From NCBI GenBank assembly GCA_002441305.1, contig DJVT01000009.1, positions 281,156 through 345,155 of the forward strand: a DNA stretch of 64,000 nucleotides, in the 5' to 3' direction. Shown one piece after another: positions 22,460 to 30,456 of the stretch. This DNA is from Candidatus Omnitrophica bacterium UBA6249. Its GTDB lineage: Bacteria > Omnitrophota > Gorgyraeia > Gygaellales > Profunditerraquicolaceae. The position numbers and the translations under genes are program-made. How positions within the stretch are numbered: the stretch's first letter is position 1; each line of letters begins with the position of its first letter. The notes under the pieces were generated by a model, which made no database searches, had not been told where the DNA came from, and saw only the letters and a list, made by a program, of their open reading frames with translations.

Positions 22460-23215
22460 TTACGCGCCCTCCTTCTTGGAATTTCCCGTTTCGTTCCTGG
22501 CCAGCCATTCGACGTAATCGCCGAGCAGTTTGTCGTACTCTTCTTTGAGTTCGATGAATTCAACCCGGGTGAGGAATGTCCCTGCCGCCGCCCGGGAATC
22601 AGCGATTTTGAGCTCTTTGGATTCTATAACCTTTCCCCGGATGCGCAGGGATTCAAAAGGACGGGAAGGTATCTTGACCATGAATTCCACCGTCCCCTGG
22701 CAGGGGTAGGCAGAGGTGAAAATCATCCCCGTCTTGCTGAAATTCTGCGTAGAGGTCATATCCCACTTTTCGACTTCTCCCCGGGAATCCAGCCTGCCGT
22801 AGCAGATCATCAGTTTTTTATTTACTCTTGCGGCTTTTCTCCTGTCATTTTCCGGGGTATCCCCGTTTCTTGCCCCGGAAGGGTCAACAATTCTCTCGAT
22901 GTACCTTTTTACGGATTTCTTCTGCGTTTCCCCGATTTCGATAAATTTAAAACGCGTCAGGAATATCTTTCCGATGAATGGTTCGCATGCAACAACCTCC
23001 GCCTTCGCCTCTATCCAGTTCTGGAGATCGGAAGGAACCTTGAACATCAGGGATACCTGGCTGCCCGCCGGGAATTCCCTGCCGGTATCGAAAAGAACGC
23101 CGTCCTCGCTTATATTCTTGATGAAAGAAACATCCCACCCGCTGGCTCCGCCATCCGGGGAATATTTGACCATCAGGGATTTAGCTATGCGAACGGCTTT
23201 TCTTTTCTCCTGCAT
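22460..23215 (-). CDS. Tandem PilZ domain protein
   Basis: 251 aa, two repeats. KRKAVRIAK..NISEDGVLF and RRKAARVNK..NFSKTGMIF, each followed by a beta-barrel-like segment. Confidence 0.65.
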   Translation of the reverse strand: MQEKRKAVRIAKSLMVKYSPDGGASGWDVSFIKNISEDGVLFDTGREFPAGSQVSLMFKVPSDLQNWIEAKAEVVACEPFIGKIFLTRFKFIEIGETQKKSVKRYIERIVDPSGARNGDTPENDRRKAARVNKKLMICYGRLDSRGEVEKWDMTSTQNFSKTGMIFTSAYPCQGTVEFMVKIPSRPFESLRIRGKVIESKELKIADSRAAAGTFLTRVEFIELKEEYDKLLGDYVEWLARNETGNSKKEGA

Positions 23216-23229
23216 AGTTTTGAATTAAA

Positions 23230-23304
23230 TTCGGGGCGACAGGACTTGAACCTGTGACCTCTTGAACCCCATTCAAGCGCTCTAGCCAAACTGAGCCACG
23301 CCCC
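23230..23304 (-). tRNA. tRNA-Pro (anticodon GGG)
   Basis: rc reads CGGGGCGTGGCTCAGTTTGGCTAGAGCGCTTGAATGGGGTTCAAGAGGTCACAGGTTCAAGTCCTGTCGCCCCGA; cloverleaf intact, anticodon loop ATGGGGT, CCA not encoded. Confidence 0.85.
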
Positions 23305-23310
23305 GTAAAT

Positions 23311-24315
23311 CTACTCTTCCTTGTTTTTTCTCGCCATCAGGTCGGTTACCACCCGATGCGGGGGTTTATTGAAATAAAGCAGGCGGTATACCTCCCTGGT
23401 TATAGGCATATCCACCTTGTATTTTAAACTCAGGCAATAAGCGGATTTTGCGGTAGCCACGCCTTCCGCTACCATCTGCATTTTAGCGCAAACCTGGCTT
23501 AATTTCCTGCCTTTACCGACCTGCTCCCCTACGAAACGGTTCCTGCTTTGTCCGCTTACGCAAGTGGTAACCAGGTCTCCCAAGCCGCTTATCCCGCTGA
23601 AAGTTTCTAATTTTGCCCCCATAGCTTTTCCCAGCCTGGATATTTCCGCCAGCCCCCTGGCGAGTATCGCCGCTTTTGTGTTGGCGCCAAAACCAAGCCC
23701 GTCGGAAACTCCGCAGGCTATAGCGATGACATTCTTCAGGCTTCCTCCCAGCTCTACGCCGACCACGTCATCATTGGTGTATACCCGGAGCTTGCCGGTA
23801 CTGAATGCCTTCTGCACCGCCTTGCGTATCTTTACGCTGCGGGAGGCTGCGACTACCGTAGTCGGTATGCCTTTGGCCACCTCTTGCGCTATGCTCGGCC
23901 CGGAAAGCACCGCGAATTTTACCGGCCCAAGCTCTGAATGCACTACCTCAGACATCCTTTTTCCGGTTTTGAGTTCTATGCCCTTGGTTACGCTCAAGAA
24001 TATGATGTTTTTCCTGGGCGTGCCGCGAAGCCGGCTCAAGACGCTGCGCATATATTGAGAAGGAACCGCTAACACCGCGATATCCTTGTCTTTTACCGCA
24101 CAAGCGATATCGGAAGTTATCTCGATCTCTTTCGGGATTCTTATCCCCGGAAGAAACTTGGGGTTAAGGCGGCTGGAAGAAAGCTGTTTTGCGTAAGACT
24201 CGAAAGCGCTCCATAAAGTAACCGCATGCCCCTTTTCGGAAAGCAGTATCGCCAATGTGGTCCCCCAGCCTCCGTCCCCCAAAACAGCTATGCGCAATTT
24301 ACCGGCATGTCCCAT
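23311..24315 (-). CDS. gpsA: NAD(P)H-dependent glycerol-3-phosphate dehydrogenase
   Basis: 334 aa. KLRIAVLGDGGWGTTLAILL.. Confidence 0.95.
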   Translation of the reverse strand: MGHAGKLRIAVLGDGGWGTTLAILLSEKGHAVTLWSAFESYAKQLSSSRLNPKFLPGIRIPKEIEITSDIACAVKDKDIAVLAVPSQYMRSVLSRLRGTPRKNIIFLSVTKGIELKTGKRMSEVVHSELGPVKFAVLSGPSIAQEVAKGIPTTVVAASRSVKIRKAVQKAFSTGKLRVYTNDDVVGVELGGSLKNVIAIACGVSDGLGFGANTKAAILARGLAEISRLGKAMGAKLETFSGISGLGDLVTTCVSGQSRNRFVGEQVGKGRKLSQVCAKMQMVAEGVATAKSAYCLSLKYKVDMPITREVYRLLYFNKPPHRVVTDLMARKNKEE

Positions 24316-24320
24316 ATCCT

Positions 24321-24710
24321 TTAAGAACCTGCCTTTCCGGATTTTACCTCCTGGGCGATTTTCTTGAAAGTGGTTATAATCTGGGCCACCGGCATATTTT
24401 TGCCGATATATCCGGAACAGCCGAATTCTTTGGATTTATTTATCAAGTCTTCGTTGTATCCGAACCCCGTAATCATGATCACGGGCAGCTCCTTGTTCGT
24501 TTCCCTGATGTTTTTCAAAACCTCCAGCCCGCTTATCCCGGGTAACTTGATATCCAGGAGCACGATATCGAAGGGATTTTTTTTAAGTTCCTCCAGTGCC
24601 GCCTCACCGCTTGCGCAGGTAGTTACCCCGCAATCCTCTCTTTTAAGCAGGTCATTCAAAAGATCTCTTACCGGAGTTTCGTCATCGACAACCAATACCT
24701 TATAAAGCAT
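24321..24710 (-). CDS. Single-domain response regulator (CheY-like receiver)
   Basis: MLYKVLVVDDETPVRDLL..DIVLLDIKLPGISG.. with the phospho-accepting Asp in LLDIKLP. GGAG RBS five nt before the ATG at 24710; the track start at 24764 is less likely. Confidence 0.85.
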   Translation of the reverse strand: MLYKVLVVDDETPVRDLLNDLLKREDCGVTTCASGEAALEELKKNPFDIVLLDIKLPGISGLEVLKNIRETNKELPVIMITGFGYNEDLINKSKEFGCSGYIGKNMPVAQIITTFKKIAQEVKSGKAGS

Positions 24711-24723
24711 AAGAGCTCCTTTT

Positions 24724-26181
24724 TTAAATAAAGGGCAATTCGATAGTAAATACGGACCCTTCACCGGGGCGGCTCTCCAGCCCGATACGCCCGTTATGGT
24801 CCTTTACAATATTATAACATATTGAGAGCCCCAAACCCTTCCCTTCCGTTTTGGTAGAGAAAAACGGCATAAATATATCCTTCAAATGCTCGGGAGGAAT
24901 GCCTGACCCCGTATCCTTTACCGTGACCGTGGCAAAGCCGCCGTTTCCCCTGCGGGTGGTTATTTCAATCTTGCCGTTTTTGGATATGGACTGGTAGGCA
25001 TTTATCAAAAGGTTCAGGAATACCTCCTGGAGCTGATGCAAGTCTCCTCTTACCGGAGGAAGGCCTTCTTCAAAATCCTTCACCAGGTCTACCCTGGTAT
25101 CCGGCAGGTTACTGTACCGGGCGAAAGGGATTATGAATTCTATCGCTTCGTTTATGTTGACCGGCTCAAAAACCTGTTTGGATTTCTGGGAAAACTTCAA
25201 TATCCTGTCCACGAGCTTTTGTATGCGTTCAGCCTGTGAACTTATCAGGCCCAGGTTTTCCCGTTCCTTTCTCCCGAGCCTCTCTTTCGCCAGCAGTTCG
25301 CAGCGCCCCAGGATGACCAGGAGTGGATTGTTGATTTCATGCGCCATTCCCGCCGAGAGTAATCCCAAAGCGGCCATTTTCTCCGACTGGAAAGCCTGGT
25401 ATTCCAGATGCCTGCGTTCGGTGATATCCTTTGCCACGAAGATATAGCCGGAATGCTTCTTTTCCGAGTCAAAGAACTTGTTTACTGTTAGGACCACGGG
25501 GATAAGCTTGCCTGTTTTCGGGCTGAGCGCCGCCTCTTTTTCATACCTTCCGGAAAGGCCGATTTCTTCCAGGATCGAACTAAAGCCTTCCATCTGCCCG
25601 GAACCCCCGTGTAGTATATCCACATGCCTGAAAATTACATCTTTCTTTTTCCAGCCGAGCATGACTTCCGAACCAGTGCTGAAATAAGTTATATTCCCTT
25701 CCAGGTTCGTTACGTATAAGGCGTAATCCTTGAGACTGAAAAAGATGTTCTTTAGCGTGCTGTCGATGCTTTTTACGGAATTTGCCGCTTCCCTGATCCT
25801 GGTGACGTCATGCCCGGTAAGCAGGCTCCCTTTCACTCTGCCGTCTTCGGAAACGACCGGAGAAAAATTCCAGGAGATTATCCTTTCTTTTCCGCTGCCG
25901 TCCAGGATTATCCCTTCAAAATCCTTTTCGCGCTTATGCCTTACGCATTCGTCCAGGACGGCCTTGAACATCTCCTGTTTGATCAGCCCGCCGTTCCCGC
26001 GGAACAATATCTTTCTCCAGTCCCCGCCGGCGATATCTTCGCTTTTTGACCCCGTGATCCTCTCGGTTTTTTTATTGCAGAAAACGATATCCTGCTCTGC
26101 GTTAAGGTAAATAAGCATTACCCCGCAGTTATCCAGGATGTCCAAGGGAACCTTATTTTCTTCTTTTCCAGCCGGTATCAT
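24724..26181 (-). CDS. Cytoplasmic multi-PAS sensor histidine kinase
   Basis: 485 aa, no TM segments. Two to three PAS-like repeats, HisKA box MAHEINNPLLVILGRCELL, HATPase_c (GSGIPPEHLKDIF, GKGLGLSI). Confidence 0.85.
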   Translation of the reverse strand: MIPAGKEENKVPLDILDNCGVMLIYLNAEQDIVFCNKKTERITGSKSEDIAGGDWRKILFRGNGGLIKQEMFKAVLDECVRHKREKDFEGIILDGSGKERIISWNFSPVVSEDGRVKGSLLTGHDVTRIREAANSVKSIDSTLKNIFFSLKDYALYVTNLEGNITYFSTGSEVMLGWKKKDVIFRHVDILHGGSGQMEGFSSILEEIGLSGRYEKEAALSPKTGKLIPVVLTVNKFFDSEKKHSGYIFVAKDITERRHLEYQAFQSEKMAALGLLSAGMAHEINNPLLVILGRCELLAKERLGRKERENLGLISSQAERIQKLVDRILKFSQKSKQVFEPVNINEAIEFIIPFARYSNLPDTRVDLVKDFEEGLPPVRGDLHQLQEVFLNLLINAYQSISKNGKIEITTRRGNGGFATVTVKDTGSGIPPEHLKDIFMPFFSTKTEGKGLGLSICYNIVKDHNGRIGLESRPGEGSVFTIELPFI

Positions 26182-26195
26182 AACCAGGTTTATTT

Positions 26196-26266
26196 AGCGG
26201 GAGAGGGGAATCGAACCCCCATATATAGCTTGGAAGGCTATTGTTCTACCACTGAACTACTCCCGC
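26196..26266 (-). tRNA. tRNA-Gly (anticodon TCC)
   Basis: rc reads GCGGGAGTAGTTCAGTGGTAGAACAATAGCCTTCCAAGCTATATATGGGGGTTCGATTCCCCTCTCCCGCT; CCA not encoded. Confidence 0.85.
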
Positions 26267-26305
26267 GGATTTTTACCCTTCTTGTCCGAAAAAACGGAAA
26301 GAATA

Positions 26306-26388
26306 TGGGCAGGAGAGGATTCGAACCTCTGAAGCACAGGTGCAACAGATTTACAGTCTGTCCCCTTTGGCCGCTTGGGTACCTGCCC
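26306..26388 (-). tRNA. tRNA-Tyr (anticodon GTA, long variable arm)
   Basis: rc reads GGGCAGGTACCCAAGCGGCCAAAGGGGACAGACTGTAAATCTGTTGCACCTGTGCTTCAGAGGTTCGAATCCTCTCCTGCCCA. Confidence 0.85.
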
Positions 26389-26402
26389 TTTATCTTGTAA
26401 AA

Positions 26403-26476
26403 AAGCCGGCGAGAGGATTTGAACCCCCGACCCATTGTTTACAAAACAATTGCTCTACCAACTGAGCTACGCCGGC
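26403..26476 (-). tRNA. tRNA-Thr (anticodon TGT)
   Basis: rc reads GCCGGCGTAGCTCAGTTTGGTAGAGCAATTGTTTTGTAAACAATGGGTCGGGGGTTCAAATCCTCTCGCCGGCT. The 5' end is 1 nt downstream of the nnr stop codon. Confidence 0.85.
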
Positions 26477-26477
26477 A

Positions 26478-27344
26478 TCACATGCTTTTTTTCAAGGCGC
26501 CCGGAATCATGTCGATGATGTCGGAGGCAATCAAACCCAGCTGGGTCTTTTTATCTTCCGCCAAATCTCCGGCCAATCCATGAATATATGTAGCGTATTT
26601 AGCGGACTGGAAAGCGCTTAACCCCTGGGCGAGAAACGCCCCGGTGATCCCGCTTAAAACATCGCCGCTTCCGGCAGTAGCCATGCCGGGATTACCCGTA
26701 TGGTTCAGGTAAAAATTTTTATCTCCATCGGTCACGACACTACAGTGCCCTTTGAGCACAATTATACTATTATAATATTTAGCGCACTTTTTAGCAACCA
26801 ATTTCCTATTATTCTTTACGAGGCGGATATTTATGTCAAAGAGCCTGGACATTTCTTTTTCGTGGGGAGTAAGGATAATTTCTCCCCGGTGGTTCTTAAG
26901 TATGCCCGTAAATCCCGCCAGGGCATTGAGCGCATCGGCGTCGACCACCTGAGGTTTTTGCACGGCAGCTACAATCTTTCTTGCCAGCGCGCGCGTTGAA
27001 TTATCCGACCCCATCCCCGGTCCGATGATAAGCACATCCGCCTGTTTCATGAACTCCCGCACCGCGGAGAATGCCTTTGCGCTGAAAGCCCCGTCCTTGT
27101 TCTCCGGAAAAGGCACGCTGATCAGTTCTTTTATTTTCTTCCCGATCAGCGCCCGGTGCACGCTTTCTGGAAGCCCCAGCGTAACCATTCCCGCTCCCGA
27201 ACGCAAGGCTGATTCCGCGCAAAGCAGGGCCGCTCCCGAATACCTGCGCGAACCGGCGAGCACAAGGATATGGCCGTAATCCCCCTTATGGGAGTTTTTC
27301 TTTCTCAGTGACAAGCGCGCTGGCAACCGCATAAGTTTTGACAT
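26478..27344 (-). CDS. nnr: ADP-dependent NAD(P)H-hydrate dehydratase (YjeF C-terminal domain only)
   Basis: 288 aa. HKGDYGHILVLAGSRRYSGAALL.. ribokinase-like fold; no YjeF-N epimerase domain. Confidence 0.8.
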   Translation of the reverse strand: MSKLMRLPARLSLRKKNSHKGDYGHILVLAGSRRYSGAALLCAESALRSGAGMVTLGLPESVHRALIGKKIKELISVPFPENKDGAFSAKAFSAVREFMKQADVLIIGPGMGSDNSTRALARKIVAAVQKPQVVDADALNALAGFTGILKNHRGEIILTPHEKEMSRLFDINIRLVKNNRKLVAKKCAKYYNSIIVLKGHCSVVTDGDKNFYLNHTGNPGMATAGSGDVLSGITGAFLAQGLSAFQSAKYATYIHGLAGDLAEDKKTQLGLIASDIIDMIPGALKKSM

Positions 27345-27654
27345 GCGAAATCGATATCTGTACGGATATATTCCTTATCTTCCCGTCCAGGAACATGCAA
27401 ACCGGTTTGCCTGTTCCGTCATTTTCAATTTGTATATCCTGCCAGGATAATGAAGGCTCTCCTATGGCTTTAAAAACAGCTTCTTTTGCCGCAAACCTTC
27501 CGGCCAGGTGTTGAAAAAAAGAACTTCTTTTTTTGGCGTTTTCGATCTCCTTGCCGGTAAAGACCCTGTTTAGAAAATCGTCTCCCCATTTTTGTACCGC
27601 GCTGCGGATCCTTCTTACTTCGGTTATATCGACTCCCGTGCCCGTAAACATCAT
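27286..27654 (-). CDS. acpS: Holo-[acyl-carrier-protein] synthase
   Basis: 122 aa. TGVDITEVRRI..FAAKEAVFKA.. 4'-phosphopantetheinyl transferase; start overlaps the pdxJ stop. Confidence 0.8.
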   Translation of the reverse strand: MMFTGTGVDITEVRRIRSAVQKWGDDFLNRVFTGKEIENAKKRSSFFQHLAGRFAAKEAVFKAIGEPSLSWQDIQIENDGTGKPVCMFLDGKIRNISVQISISHVKTYAVASALVTEKEKLP

Positions 27655-28364
27655 TTAATCAGCCGTTTCATATGACTTACTGCATTATGCAGGCCGGAAT
27701 ACAACGATTCGCAAATAATCGAATAGCCTATGTTGAGCTCGTTTATCCCCTCTATACATGCCACTTCGCCGGCGTTTGCGTAATCGAGCCCGTGGCCGGC
27801 ATTGACTGTAATTCCCAAGGCGCGGGCGTAACAAACGGCACGGCGCAATTCACCCAGCATCCTTTTCTTTTTCGCGGGGGCGGATGCTCCAGCGTAGCCT
27901 CCGGTATGCAATTCGATTATCCGGGCTCCCGCCTTGCGCGCGTAATCTATCTGTTTCTTGACCGGATCGATGAACAGGCTGACGCATATGCCGGAATTCT
28001 CGAGCCTGCGTACAACCGAAGAAATATTCTTCAGGTTATCCGCTACGTTCAGGCCGCCTTCCGTGGTAAGTTCTTTCCTTTTTTCCGGCACAAGGGTAGC
28101 CTGGTAAGGCTTGACCCTGCAGGCGATCCGCACTATCTCTTCCGATATCGACATCTCGAGGTTGAATAATGTTTTTATGCCTTTGCGCAATGCCCGCACG
28201 TCGCTGTCCTGTATATGCCTGCGGTCTTCCCGCAGGTGGGCAACTATGCTGTCCGCTCCCGCTTCTTCGCATATCCGCGCAGCCTGCAAAGGATCGGGCA
28301 GTCTTCCCATGCGGGCCTGGCGCAGAGTGGCCACATGGTCTATATTTACTCCTAGCTTAGGCAT
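27651..28364 (-). CDS. pdxJ: Pyridoxine 5'-phosphate synthase
   Basis: 237 aa. MPKLGVNIDHVATLRQARMGRLPDPLQAARICEEAGADSIVAHLREDRRHIQDSDV. Confidence 0.95.
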   Translation of the reverse strand: MPKLGVNIDHVATLRQARMGRLPDPLQAARICEEAGADSIVAHLREDRRHIQDSDVRALRKGIKTLFNLEMSISEEIVRIACRVKPYQATLVPEKRKELTTEGGLNVADNLKNISSVVRRLENSGICVSLFIDPVKKQIDYARKAGARIIELHTGGYAGASAPAKKKRMLGELRRAVCYARALGITVNAGHGLDYANAGEVACIEGINELNIGYSIICESLYSGLHNAVSHMKRLIK

Positions 28365-28365
28365 A

Positions 28366-28494
28366 TCAGGATTTTTCCCCTTTTACATAAAACCATAAGG
28401 CTATCGCTAATGCAAGCGCGATCAGCTTTAACCAGGGGTGATTCGTAAACAGGTGCATGAAGCGGGAAAAGATATTCTGCTTATTTTTATTCAT
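28366..28494 (-). CDS. 42-aa single-TM peptide resembling the N-terminal membrane anchor of CdaR/YbbR (remnant or minimal CdaR)
   Basis: Below the 60-aa track cutoff. Manual translation: MNKNKQNIFSRFMHLFTNHPWLKLIALALAIALWFYVKGEKS*. Its ATG overlaps the last codons of cdaA (ATGAATAAAAATAA arrangement). Compare B. subtilis YbbR MDKFLNNRWAVKIIALLFALLL.. as recalled from memory. Confidence 0.4.
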   Translation of the reverse strand: MNKNKQNIFSRFMHLFTNHPWLKLIALALAIALWFYVKGEKS

Positions 28495-29248
28495 CTTTTT
28501 TCGTCCTGATTAATTCCTTGATTTTCGCTTCCAGTTCCTGCCCTCCAAGGTCCCTGTAGAATTTTCTGCGGTACACTACGGATATATCCCTCCTTTCTTC
28601 GGAGACGACTATCAATATGGCGTCGGTCTCTTCGCTTAAGCTGAGGGCCGCGCGATGGCGCGTGCCGAAAACGCGGTTTAACTCCTGGCTTATCACCAGC
28701 GGGAATATGCATCCCGCTGCGGATATTCTTCCGTGCTGCACGACCAGGGCCCCGTCATGGAGAGGGTTGTTCGGGGTGAAGATCGCTTGTATCAAGTCGG
28801 CGGAAACGCGCGCGTCTACCGTTTCCCCGCTTTGGATATAGGAAGCGAGGGAATCATTTTTTTCGATGGCGATCAGCCCACCGATCTTGTTTTCCGCCAG
28901 CTTTTCCGAAGCTTCAACGATTTGTTTAACGAAGGAATCCGGGTTTTCATCCCTTACCATATTCCTGAAAATATTGCGTTTTCCCAGCTGGGCAAGGCCC
29001 TGCCTTATCTCAGGATGAAAAATGATCAATATCGCGATGACGGATATGCCAAACAGTTTCTTTAACAGCCAGTCCAGTACTATAAAATCAAACCTCTGGG
29101 AAACCAGGAATACCAGCAGGAGCACGATCAGCCCGCGGATAACCTGGAGGCTTCTTGTGCCGGCAAAAAACAGGATAATATGGTATATAAAAAACCATAG
29201 GATGATTACTTCGATTACCGGTTTCCAGTACGGGAATAAACTATGCAT
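28487..29248 (-). CDS. cdaA: Diadenylate cyclase CdaA (membrane-anchored DAC domain)
   Basis: 253 aa. Three N-terminal TM helices; DAC-domain motifs DGALVV and RHRAALSLSEETDA. Confidence 0.9.
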   Translation of the reverse strand: MHSLFPYWKPVIEVIILWFFIYHIILFFAGTRSLQVIRGLIVLLLVFLVSQRFDFIVLDWLLKKLFGISVIAILIIFHPEIRQGLAQLGKRNIFRNMVRDENPDSFVKQIVEASEKLAENKIGGLIAIEKNDSLASYIQSGETVDARVSADLIQAIFTPNNPLHDGALVVQHGRISAAGCIFPLVISQELNRVFGTRHRAALSLSEETDAILIVVSEERRDISVVYRRKFYRDLGGQELEAKIKELIRTKKDE

Positions 29249-30449
29249 AGCTGCCTTTCAAGGCCCGGCTCATCTCCAGGGCCTGCTTCACTTCTTTAAC
29301 GTCATGGGCCCTTATTATGTCGGCCCCGTTCAAAGACCCTATTACCGAAGATACCGCTGTTCCGATTACCCTTTCTCCCGGAGGCGCTTTAAGGGTCTCC
29401 CCGATAAAAGCCTTCCTGCAGGGTCCTATAAGTATGGGTTTCCCCAAAACCCTGAACTCCGCCAGCCTGTTTATTATTTCCAGGTTCTGGGCGGTATTTT
29501 TGGCAAAACCCAGACCGGGGTCTATAATTATTCTTTCCGGGGATACCCCGGAATCTTCTGCCCGAGCTACTGCTTCTTCCAGCTTTCTGGAGATATCCCT
29601 GATCAGCATGCGGTAGCCGGTCATTTTCTGCATGTTATGTGGGGTGCCCCGCGTATGCATTATCACAACTGCCGCCTTGTTCCTGGCGACCACCCCGGGC
29701 ATACGGCTGTCCCTGAAACAGGAAACATCGTTTACTATCTGCGCCCCTGCTTCCAGGGCGGCGCCGGCGACTTCCGGCTTCGAGGTATCTATCGATACGG
29801 GGGCCTTTATCCTCTTCGCCAGCTTCTTTACCGCGGGAATGACGCGCGAGAGTTCTTCCTTAAGGGGGACGCCTCTTGAACCTGGCCTGGTGGACTCCCC
29901 TCCCAAATCGATAATATCCGCTCCGTCTTCAATCATGCCTTCTGCCTTTTTGAGCACATCCTCGGGTGAGGGGGCGCTCCCTCTACCGTAAAGACCGTCT
30001 CCGCTGAAGGAATCGGAAGTGAGATTTATAATCCCCATCAGGAGCGTATTTGTCCGCAAGTCCAAAGAACATTTTCTTAAAGGGACGACAAACCCTCTTT
30101 TTGCATAACCGGCGATCCCTTTTTCGATATCTTCTCCCAAGCTATGCAGGCCGAAAGGCTGTGCCTTTAATTTTTTCGTCAGCAAGCTCAGTTGGTCATG
30201 CCGGCCGATAATCAGGCAGTCTGTTTTCTTCTTTCCGCCGCAAAGCGCCCTTCTGGGCACGGCGACATCCCCTCCCAGGGAAAGCATTTCTTGTTTTAAA
30301 ATATTGGCTGCGATACAAGGCAAGGGGTCAGGCTGTACCAGGAAGGTGCCGGCTTTAGCGAGCATGATATTCGCCCCGTAGGGATCGACACCGATATTGC
30401 GCATGATTTTTTCGGCTTCGCCGCTGCCGTTAAAATCCATAATTCTCAT
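29241..30449 (-). CDS. folP: Dihydropteroate synthase with about 140-aa N-terminal extension of unknown function
   Basis: C-terminal 260 aa carry the pterin-binding DHPS fold (INLTSDSFSGDG, IIDLGGESTRPG). The N-terminal 140 aa match nothing recognised. Confidence 0.85.
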   Translation of the reverse strand: MRIMDFNGSGEAEKIMRNIGVDPYGANIMLAKAGTFLVQPDPLPCIAANILKQEMLSLGGDVAVPRRALCGGKKKTDCLIIGRHDQLSLLTKKLKAQPFGLHSLGEDIEKGIAGYAKRGFVVPLRKCSLDLRTNTLLMGIINLTSDSFSGDGLYGRGSAPSPEDVLKKAEGMIEDGADIIDLGGESTRPGSRGVPLKEELSRVIPAVKKLAKRIKAPVSIDTSKPEVAGAALEAGAQIVNDVSCFRDSRMPGVVARNKAAVVIMHTRGTPHNMQKMTGYRMLIRDISRKLEEAVARAEDSGVSPERIIIDPGLGFAKNTAQNLEIINRLAEFRVLGKPILIGPCRKAFIGETLKAPPGERVIGTAVSSVIGSLNGADIIRAHDVKEVKQALEMSRALKGSYA

Positions 30450-30456
30450 TTTTATC

